A stretch of 64,000 bases of DNA from the human T2T-CHM13v2.0 reference genome, Homo sapiens. The position numbers were made by a program, and so were the translations under genes. Below are positions 14,452-64,000 of the stretch, piece by piece. The notes under the pieces were generated by a model that saw only the letters and a program-made list of their open reading frames with translations, was not told the DNA's origin and searched no databases. The stretch lies in assembly GCF_009914755.1 (NCBI RefSeq), contig NC_060936.1; one strand, 5' to 3'. How positions within the stretch are numbered: the stretch's first letter is position 1; every line of letters begins with the position of its first letter.

Positions 14452-16429
14452 CAGTACTAACAAGGTAGTGGTTAGATGGGACCACAAAGATTTTTCCGGG
14501 TTTGGACTCTCAGAAGTTAAGAATTAAAGGCCACTTTCATTTCTCAAGGAAGTAATTTAAACGTTTACACAGAATAAATTATTTTTAACCAAAAGTTATT
14601 TACAAGATAATGAAAATTTACACAAATTTTAAGATATAGCACACTATTGGCTACGAAAGTAGGTAATGGAACAAAAGTTTTAAACTTTTATGAAAAATGA
14701 AAGAAGCCATTTTGCCGTGGCTTCTGTGAATCTGTGTGTGCATGTGTGTATACCCAATGTGTATTCTCTTTCAACCACAATGCCAAATTCCAAATTTGAA
14801 CCCATTTGTAACTATGAGCCTAAACCAAGTGGCTACTTGGCTTCCCTTGGTTATGACTTCCAAACGGCTGCTCATTTCCCGTAATTTATTTTCCTCCTTG
14901 AGGAATTGATACTAAATAGTAGACCTTTGAAATATTGCAAGATTGATTATCATCACCAGGGAGACAGACAGAGTGGAGTGAGATTTAATGCTAATCTCAT
15001 TTTAAGTAAAATCACAAACTTTCTTTGTAAAAAGGCAATCACGATATCTTCGTTTAACCTAAATTCTGTATTATTTTATTGAGTGTTAAAGAACACATAT
15101 TACATTCACCACTGAGAAGTCACTCAATTTGGCAAGGAAAGACAATATCAAAACATTAAGTCATATACTTCCAAAATGAGTTATATAAAAGCAGAGCTGA
15201 ACTTCAATTCCTAACACATGGTCTCATCTTCTGCAGATGTATATGTGGAGGCAGAAAGTCAAGTAAACTGGAAAGTTAAAAATGAAATTTTTACTCCTTA
15301 AATTATGAGTCACCTACTAACAAAAATAAGAATCTGCAACATGGAGATTATTTCCAAAGAACAGATCCTTTCAGCTAAAACTAACTAGTCTCACTAACCC
15401 ATATTTTCCTTTTGCTTACAGAAAGCCCTCTGTTTTGAATATACTTCTACTGACATAGAGTCAATGGAACATAGCTAATTATAAGGCAATACTCCCCACC
15501 CATTAATAAAGACCCTTAAAGCTTCAGATTTTTATTTTGTGAAGAGAAGATTATTCTGCCTGCCTAAAGATAATTCACATTCCTTATTTAAAGGTTAATA
15601 AGGAAGTAGGATAGAAACATGTGAAGATCATGCTTCCCAGAATGGGAGGCAAAAAAAAAAAAATCTTCGTTTTATTTCTGTCTCTGAACTTATGTGAGGG
15701 AAAGAATGTACTTGCAGAGTGTGTGTTGGAAGTAGGGGGAATGGTTGAGGGTCTGGTATTATATATTCCAGGGTATGCTGTGGTTTAACGGGAGTGAATT
15801 TTTCCTTTTGATTTGTCATTTGATGAAATAAATTCCCTGCACTTTTTCTGTGGAGACAGATGGTAATCTGTCATTCAAAATCCATTAGAATGAAGTCTAG
15901 GAGCTGAAGCCATATTTGATCTCATGTGGTAGGTGGTGATCCTGAACTGGTCCCATTTAGAGAATCCAGGCCTAGAAGTCTTGGGATGTTGTAGACTGGA
16001 AACTTAATTCCAAAGTGCCTCACGATCACTGGTAAAATTATTCTCCCCACTTCTTTATTGTGAGATCTATTATACCTGTGAAGATGGTAAAAATAATGTG
16101 TACTGTTTAAAGAAGAAAGATAAGACATTGATCTGTGAAAGAGGTAGAACATGAATTCCTTAGAAGTCCCTGTGTGTCCCTCATGGTCACACCCCCCTTT
16201 CTTTTCCCGAAGAGAACCACTGTTCTGACTTTTGTCTTAACTACCCCCTTGCTTTCTGTATAGGGAGATATCTCTATACAAAAAAAATTTCTAAAAAACC
16301 CAAATATTCCTAAAAATTGATTAGTTTTACTTTTTTTTTAGTTTACTTGTTTTTGAACTTTATATAAATTTTTAAAAACATGCAATGTGTTTTTGACTGT
16401 GACTTTTTTCCCTTCAGCATTATCGGTTT

Positions 16430-16734
16430 TTGTTGTTGTTGTTGTTGTTTGTTTTAGAAGACAGGGTCTCACTCTGTCACCCAGGCTGGAGTGCAGCACA
16501 CTCACTGTAACCCTCAACTCCTGGACTCAGGCAATCCTCCCACCTCAGCCTCTTGAGTAGCTAAGACTATATGTGCACACCACCATGCTTGGCTAGTTTT
16601 AAAATTTTTTTGTAGAGACAGCATCTCGCTGTGTTGCCCAGGCTGGTCTCAAACTTCTGGCCTTACGTGATCCTCTTACCTTGGCCTTCCAAGTCTTCAT
16701 GCTGGGATTACAGGCACGAGCCACTGCACCTGGC
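16430..16734 (-). mobile_element. AluJ with (TTG)n tail
   Basis: Antisense Alu. Confidence 0.88.
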
Positions 16735-17532
16735 CAGCATTATGTTTTTTGATTCATCCATGTTGAGTATAGCTGGACTTCATTCATTTTTGCTGCTGTT
16801 AGTATTCCATTCAGTAACTAAGCAATGTACCCATTTTGCTGATGAAAATTTCAAGTTTCCAGTTTTCTCAGGTTTTCATTGTTGTTGTTCAATTACAAGC
16901 AATGTTGCTAATGCATTTCTTATACCTGTCAGCTAATACACAGTAAGAGTTTTCCATATACCTAGGAGGGGAATGCCAAGTCATATATTATATATGTGTT
17001 CACCTTTATTAGGTAATGCAAAAATGGTTTCCAAAGTGGCTGTAGCAACTTACATTCTTGCCAGCAGAGCATGAGCGTTTCCATTGCTCCTCATCCTCAC
17101 CAACACTTGATATCATCAAATTTTTCAATTGTAGCCATCATATATTAGTATATCACTACAGTTTCCTTAGGATTTTCCTGGTTACCAATGAGATTGAGTA
17201 TCTTTTCATCCATGTGTTGACAACTGGAATTTCTTTTATGAAGTGCCTATTCAAGTTATTTTATCCAGTTTTCTATTGAGAGTCATTGGTCTTTTTCTTA
17301 TTGATTCAAAGCCATTCTTTATATAATCTGAATATTAACCCTTTGTTGTTTATATGTCTAACAAATATCTTTTCCCAGTTTGTGGCTTGTGGTTTCATTT
17401 TCTTTGTAGTGTCTTTCAATCAACATTAACTTAAAGATTGTCACATTTAACAATCTTTTCCTTTATTGTTTTTACATTTTATGTCTTGGGAATTTCTTTC
17501 TATGAAATAAAAATACTCTCCCTCCTTTAGAG

Positions 17533-17911
17533 TTTTCTTAGTCCATTGATGCTGCTATAACAAAACACCTTAGGCTGGGTAATTTAAAACAACAGGTAGT
17601 TATTTCTGACAATTCTAGAGGCTGGGAAGTCCAAGATCAAGGCACGGGCAACTTCATTGTCTGGTGAGGGCTGCTCCATCTGCTTCTACAATGGTATCTT
17701 CTTGCTGCATCCTCACTTGGCAGAAGAGGCAAAGGAATGGAAGGGACAAACTTGTCCTCTCAGCCCTTTTACGGTGGCACTAATCCTGTCTATGAGGGTG
17801 GAGCATGCATGACCTAATCACCTCCTAGTGGCCCCACCTTTTAATATTGTTGAACTGGGAATTAAATTTCCACATGAATTTCGGAGGAACACAAACATTC
17901 AAACCATAGCA
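17533..17911 (-). mobile_element. MaLR LTR (MLT1A/MSTD-like)
   Basis: TCTTAGTCCATT...TTCAAACCATAGCA termini. Confidence 0.82.
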
Positions 17912-20559
17912 AAAGTTTTCTGTATTCTGTTTTTATTTTTTAAATTTAGGTCTCAAATCCAACTGGATTTGTTTTTGTATTTGGTGTAACACAGGGAGTC
18001 CCGTTTCATCTTTTCCATAGAGAAAACCAATTGATCCCGGACCATTTATTAAAAAGTTATTTTTTTTCCCCACATTGATCTTTTACCACCTTTGATATTT
18101 AGCAGATGTCCATATATACATGTCTGGGCTCTTTGTTCTCTTCCATTCATCTGTCTATCCTCATACCAGTACTACACTGTCTTAATTACTGTGTCTTTAC
18201 AAGTCTTGATATCTGATAGGACCAGTCTTCCCACCTTTTGCTTGGTTATTCATGACCCATTGTTCTTCTGTATACTGTTCACATAGTTGTATATTCCACT
18301 TGAAAGCTTCCACCAAAAAATTATGTATTTTGAGAGGAATTACACATCTATTTTAGGATAATTTACATCTTTAGTATATTGAAGCCTCCAATTCAAAAGC
18401 CTGGCATATCTTTCCATTTGTTTGGATCTTTTAAAATGTTTTAAATAAAGTTTTAGTTTTTCCCTAAAGACCTTATACATTTATTAGATTTATTCTTTAG
18501 ATACTCTGTATTTTTGAGATTATTATAAATTCTATCTTTTAAATATCATTGTCTTACTATTTGTTACTTTGGATAGAAAGGCAATTGATTTTTACATATT
18601 GATTTATATACAGCCAACTTGCTATATCCTCTAACTTTAATGATTTATATGTTGATTATTTTGGATTTTCTATGTAGTCAATCATATCATTTCCCAATAA
18701 GAGCAAAACAATTTTATTTCTTAATTTTATATTTCATTTTCCTTTTTCTTGCCTTACCCTACTGTGAGCTCTTCTAATATAGAATTAAGGGTGTTCTTGT
18801 TTCTGATCTTAAAAAGAACACTTTCAATATTTCTTCACTAATATTTCTACATTTCCTGAGATGATTGTATAGTTTTTCATTTATCTGTTATTGTGGTAAA
18901 TTATATTCATTAATTACTAATATGAAGGCACTCCTGCATCCCTAGGATGAAACTTAGTCATGATGGATGATTATTTTTATTCATTTCTGAATTTTGTTTG
19001 ATAATGTTTTGTTAAGATTTTTGTATTTTTGTTTGTGAATGAGATTGGCCTGTAATTTTCCTTTTGTACTGTCCTTGTCAGGTTTTAATATCAAAATTAT
19101 GTAAGCCTCCTTGACAAAGAAAAGTTGGGGGTCAGGGTAGTCCCTCTTTTTTTCATATAGTGGAATAGTTTGTGTAAGGAAGAATATAGGAATATTCAGG
19201 TTTTTATTTCTTTTTGTTTCAATTTCGGTAAGTTAAAATTCTATAGAAAATGTTTCATTCCATCTAAATTTTTAAATATTTAGCATGATTTTTAATGGTA
19301 TTTTATTATCTTTTAAATTTCTAGGGCATCTCAATTATGACCCCAAATTTTTTTTTTGTACATTTTTTTCTTTGAAAAATCTTGCCATAAAGTTGTTAGA
19401 GTTTACAATCATCTGGAAGAAACTTTGTTTAGCTTTTTAAATCTACACTCTTATATGTTTATATTCTATTTCATTATTTCTGGTCTTATGATTTTCTTTC
19501 TTCTAGTTCTTTGGATTTATTTTACTGATCTTTTTCTGATTTCTTAAATTATTTACTTATTATATTTCAATTTTTCTTTTTTTAAACATTGTTAAAATTT
19601 CATGCTAAGTAATGCTTATGCATTGTGTGACATTTTTATTAATACTTAATTACAAATATTTTGTCATTTTACATTTGAATTTCCTCTTGCCCCATGAATT
19701 ATTTGTGGGTTTCTTAATTTACAAAGATATAGGGATTTTCTGGTTATCTTTTTGTTCCTGGCTTCCAACACAATTACACTGAAGTCAGAAAATGTTTTAT
19801 GTATGATATCAATTTGTCAAAATCTTTGAGACTGGTTTTTGGTCCAATATATTGTCAGTCTTTATAAATGCTCCATAGTTGGCCAAAAACAATTAACACT
19901 GGTGTTTCAAGCTACTAGGCATAGTGCTCCATATATGTCTATTATATGAAGCTTGCTGATTGTGCCAGTTAAATCTTCCATATCATTATTTTTACTACTT
20001 GATCTATCAGTTACTGTTAAAGATGTGTTAAAAATCTTCCACTATTATTGTAGACTTATTACATTCTCCTTGTAAATATTGTTATATATTTTCAATCTGT
20101 GTTATTAGGTACAAATTGCTTTAAACTTTTTATATGCATTTTAATATGAGAAATATAGTTACAGATTCTCAAATTTAGACTATAGGTTATTTTGGTTCAG
20201 TTATTCTGATTTTTATATTTTGTAAAACATTTAATAAACCTCACTTGAGACAAAAAGGATTTTTTAAATCACACTTAGCAATTCAGAGTTAAAAATATTG
20301 ATATCTCTTGACCTTGTTAACCCATTTCTGGGATAGTGTCCAAAATAACCAGAAGTAGATAAAAAGCTTTATGTACCAAAGTATGTATTTGTACTGGCAA
20401 ATAAAATAAAATTAAATGTAGGTTCTAACAATAGGAGAATGGTTAAATAACTGGACACAGCTACATGACAGTGTATTATACATCCATTAGAGTCATTTAT
20501 AAAGAATTTGTAATAAAACTGGAAAGTTATTATGTCACAATGACACATAAATCTGATGA

Positions 20560-21085
20560 CAGTCGGCCCCTCTTACCCATGGCGGATACATTCTGAGACT
20601 CCCCAGTGGATGCCTGAAACTGCGGATAATACCAAGCTCTACATTTATGAATTTTTCCTATACATACATACCTATGATAAAAGTTTAATTTATAAATTCA
20701 GCATAGTAAGAGATTAACTACAATAATTAATAATAAGGTAGAACAATTATAACAATATGCCAGCATCATTACTCTTGTGCTTTGAGGCCACTATTAAGCA
20801 AAATAAGGGTTCTTTGAACACCAGCACTGTGGTACTGCAACAGTGGATCTAATAACCGAACCAGCTACTAAGTGACTCGCGGGCAGGTGACATATGCAGC
20901 GTGGATATGCTGGACAGAGGGATGACTGTGGTGTGAGATTTCATCCTGCTACTCAGAACCGTGTGCAGTTGATAACTTATGAATGATTTATTTCTGGAAT
21001 TTTCCATTTAATATTTTCAGACCAAAGTTGACCACGGGTAACTGAAACCACAGAAGGCAAAACTGCAGATAAGAGGGGACTACTG
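20560..21085. mobile_element. MER44B-like (Tigger7-derived) DNA transposon
   Basis: TIRs CAGTCGGCCCCTCTTA and TAAGAGGGGACTACTG followed by TA. Confidence 0.78.
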
Positions 21086-21369
21086 TATACTGTATGATTT
21101 CAATTACCTTAATGATAACTATAGAAAAAAATTCTCAGAAGAAATATCTCAAAAGGATTGTAACATTGGTTTGTGTAACATTGGGAAAAAATTTGGATTT
21201 CCCCCTTCCTTTCTATTTTTCTGTGTTTTCTGTGTTTTCTACCATATTCAAATTTCTTTTACAATATAGGGGGAAAGCCTTAAAAACATGGACTAACAAA
21301 TGCTTATTTAATTAATACTTGAGTGTACACAATTAGTCTTTCATTCTGTGTTATGTTGGTTTTGGCTGG

Positions 21370-21765
<396 letters not shown>

Positions 21766-21884
21766 TTAGCTGGTATTTTTTAAATATCAAGATAGAAAAG
21801 TCATTTAAAATGTGTGATATGGATATGTACAAAGTAAAAGTTAATGTTTAAAATAAATGTCTTGTTGTACTCTGCTGCCCATAG

Positions 21885-57199
<35,315 letters not shown>

Positions 57200-57229
57200 G
57201 TAATGTTTTATTGCTGCAAATATTTTCAA

Positions 57230-58260
57230 AAGTAAAAATATCATATTTATAAAATCAATATACAAAAATCAGTAGCCTTCCTATATACAAATGATAACCA
57301 GTTTAATATAATGGAAAATATTATCTTTACAGTAGCAACAAAAAGATATAAATTTTATAAGAAATATTCATACCAACATGAAAAAAAACTTTAAAATTCA
57401 CAAAGATATATAAAAAGATAACTCATATAACTTCAGATATAAGCTGTTTTTCAACAGGAAGGCAGAATTGTAAGAATTGTCCTGTTCCTTAAACTAGCCT
57501 GTGAATTTAATGTGGATCTAGTCAAAATACCACCGTGTGGCCAGGCATGGTGGGTCATGCCTGTAATCCTAGCACTTGGGGAGGCCGAGGCAGATGGATT
57601 GCTTGAGTCTAGAAATTTGAGACAAGCCTGGGCAACATGGCAAAACCTCATCTCTACAAAAAAAAAAAAATTAGCTGGATGTGGTGGTGCACGCCTATAG
57701 TCCCAGCTACTTGGGAGGCTAAGGTGGGAGGATCACTAGAGTGGGGTGGAGGGAGAGGGGCTGGTGGGGCAGTGTCAAGGCTGTAGTCAGCTGTGATCCT
57801 GCCACTTACTCCAGTCTAGGCAAAAGAGCAAGACCCTGTCTCAAAAAAAAAAAAAAAAAAATACCACCATGCATTTTTTTTTTTTTGGAATCCAACAGAT
57901 TATACTAATCACATTAAAATATCTAGAAATTTATGAAAAATAATAGTAATAAAGTGAGACTAATGCTGTCAGATATTAAAATACGTTATAAAGCTACAAC
58001 CACTAAAACATTTTAGTGCAACCCACAAATAGATCAATGTAAAAGATTATATTTCAGAAATACAATCAAATGCACATGCAAATTTATTATATGGTAAAAA
58101 TTAAAAATGACACCTTAAATCAGTAGGTAGAAATGAATTAAACATTAAAGGGCATTATGATAACTGTATAACCATTTGGGGAAAAAATAAAGCTAGACTC
58201 CAACTTTATTCTTTACACTAAAATAAATTACAGATAAATCAGAGTTCAAAGTAGAACTAT
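57230..58260 (+). mobile_element. Ancient L1M ORF2 remnant hosting an AluJ and the young L1
   Basis: AAAAATCAGTAGCCTTCCTATATAC and other degenerate ORF2 motifs. Confidence 0.55.
57539..57860 (+). mobile_element. AluJ with a G-rich internal insertion
   Basis: TSD AAAATACCACC(G/A)TG. Confidence 0.9.
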
Positions 58261-58724
58261 AAAACTAAAGCTTTTCGGGTGGAGCCAAGATGGCCGAATA
58301 GGAACAGCTCCAGTCTACAGCTCCCAGCATGAGCGACACAGAAGACGGGTGCTTTCTGCATTTCCAGCTGAGGTACTGGGTTCATCTCACTGGGGATTGT
58401 TGGACAGTGGGTGCAGGACAGTGGGTGCAGCGCACCAAGCGTGAGCCGAAGCAGGGTGAGGCATCGCCTCACCCGGAAAGCGCAAGGGGTCAGGGAATTC
58501 CCTTTCCTAGTCAAAGGGGTGACAGATGGGCACCTGGAAAATCGGGTCACTCCCACCCTAACACTGCACTTTTCCAATGGTCTTAGCAAGCAGCACACCA
58601 GGAGATTATATCCCATGCCTGGCTCGGAGGGTCCTACACCCACGGAGCCTCGCTCATTGCTAGCACAGCAGTCTGAGATCAAACTGCAAGGCGGCAGCGA
58701 GGCTGGGGGAGGGGTGCCCACCAT
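58257..58724 (-). CDS. L1 antisense ORF0, C-terminally extended (155 aa); translation unproven
   Basis: MVGTPPPASLPPCSLISDCCASNERGSVGVGPSEPG... is homologous to L1 ORF0; ATG context GCAATGG; frame stays open to TAG at 58257. Confidence 0.45.
   Translation of the reverse strand: MVGTPPPASLPPCSLISDCCASNERGSVGVGPSEPGMGYNLLVCCLLRPLEKCSVRVGVTRFSRCPSVTPLTRKGNSLTPCAFRVRRCLTLLRLTLGALHPLSCTHCPTIPSEMNPVPQLEMQKAPVFCVAHAGSCRLELFLFGHLGSTRKALVL
58286..58296 (+). promoter_or_regulatory. YY1 site of the L1 internal sense promoter
   Basis: Intact CAAGATGGCCG at about +10 of the L1. Confidence 0.8.
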
Positions 58725-59299
58725 TGCCGAGGCTTGAGTAGGTAAACAAAGCAGCCGGGAAGCTCGAACTGGTTGGAGCCCACCGCAGCTCAAGGAGGCC
58801 TGCCTGCCTCTGTAGACTCCATCTCTGGGGGCAGGGCATAGCCAAACAAAAGGCAGCAGAAAACTCTGCAGACTTAAATGTCCCTGTCTGACAGCTTGGA
58901 AGACAGTAGTGGTTCTCCCAGCACACAGCTGGAGATCTGAGAATGGACAGACTGCCTCCTCAAGTGGGTCCCTGACCCCTGAGTAGCCTAACTGGGAGGC
59001 ACCCCCCAGTAGGGGAAGACTGACACCTCACACGGCCAGGTACTCCTCTGAGACAAAACTTCCAGAGGAACGATCAGGCAGCAACAATTGCTGTTCACCA
59101 ATATCCGCTGTTCTGCAGCCTCCGCTGCTGATACCCAGGCAAACAAGGTCTGGAGTGGACCTTCAGCAAACTCCAACACACCTGCAGCTGAGGGTCCTGA
59201 CTGTTAGAGGGAAAACTAACAAACAGAAAGGACATCCACACCAAAACTCCATCTGTACGTCACCATCATCAAAGACCAAAGGTAGATAAAACCACAAAG

Positions 59300-60312
59300 A
59301 TGGGGAAAAAACAGAGCAGAAAAACTGGAAACTCTAAAAATCAGAGCGCCTTTCCTCCTTCAAAGGAACGCAGCTCCTTACCAGCAATGGAACAAAGCTG
59401 GACAGAGAATGAGTTTGATGAGAGAAGAAGGCTTCAGATGATCAAACTACTCCGAGCTAAAGGAGGAAGTTTGAACCCATGGCAAAGAAGTTAAAAACCT
59501 TGAAAAAAAAATTAGATGAATGGCTAACAAGAATAACCAATGCAGAGAAGTCCTTAAAGGACCTGATGGAGCTGAAAACAACGGCATGAGAACTACGTGA
59601 CGAATGCAAAGCCTCAGTAGCCAATTCGATCAACTGGAAGAAAGGGTATCAGTGATGCAAGATCAAATGAATGAAATGAAGTGAGAAGAGACGTTTAGAG
59701 AAAAGAGAATAAAAAGAAACAAACAAAGCCTCCAAGAAATATGGGACTATGTGAAAAGACCAAATCTACGTCTGATTGGTGTACCTGAAAGTGACGGGGA
59801 GGATGGAACCAAGTTGGAAAACACTCTGCAGGATATTATCCAGGAGAACTTCCCCAATCTAGCAAGGCAGGCCAACATTCAGATTCAGGAAATACAGAGA
59901 ACGCCACAAAGATACTCCTCGAGAAGAGCAACTCTAAGACACATAATTGTCAGATTCACCAAAGTTGAAATGAAGGAAAAAATGTTAAGGGCAGCCAGAG
60001 AGAAAGGTCAGGTTACCCACAAAGGGAAGCCCATCAGACTAACAGCTGATCTCTCAGCAGAAACTCTACAGGCCAGAAGAGAGTGGGGGCCAATATTCAA
60101 CATTGTTAAAGAAAAGAATTTTCAACCCAGAAGTTCATATCCAGCCAAACTTAAGCTTCATAAGTGAAAGAGGAATAAAATACTTTACAGACAAGCAAAT
60201 GCTGAGAAATTTTGTCACCACCAGGACTGCCTTACAAGAGCTCCTGAAGGAAGCACTAAACATGGAAAGGAACAACCAGTACCAGCCACTGCAAAAACAT
60301 GCCAAATTGTAA
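59300..60312 (+). pseudogene. L1 ORF1p, disrupted
   Basis: MGKKQ... to ...QPLQKHAKL* split across frames, with in-frame TGA stops. Confidence 0.92.
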
Positions 60313-60373
60313 ACCATTGAGGCTAGGAAGAAACTGCATCAGCTAACGAGCAAAATAACCAGCTAATATCATA

Positions 60374-64000
<3,627 letters not shown>

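Larger units (their letters stand above)
16150..20120 (-). mobile_element. Degraded ancient L1M (L1MC/ME), interrupted by an Alu and a MaLR
   Basis: T-rich antisense ORF2 and 3'UTR remnants; boundaries approximate. Confidence 0.6.

Overview
Human (or great-ape) genomic DNA from the middle of BMAL2 (ARNTL2/MOP9), the circadian bHLH-PAS transcription factor gene, on the + strand. I traced 13 internal coding exons (about exons 2-14; numbering from memory; 1555 nt) with AG/GT boundaries and consistent phases. They encode the NLS, bHLH, PAS-A, PAS-B and the start of the C-terminal region. Exon 1 and the transactivation-domain exons lie outside the window. The rest is repeat-rich intron: about 20 Alus, old L1/L2/MIR, MaLR/ERVL LTRs, Tigger/hAT DNA transposon relics, a twin-primed inverted L1, and a 5'-intact but inactivated L1PA4-like element (58277 to window end) in sense orientation. 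I found no convincing new biological system. The best leads are an L1 ORF0 extended to 155 codons, strong alternative donors 29 nt downstream of exons 4 and 5, an exon 2-3 circRNA architecture, a possible truncation after exon 14, and several template-switch scars. Repeat subfamily names are recalled from consensus sequences and need RepeatMasker confirmation.
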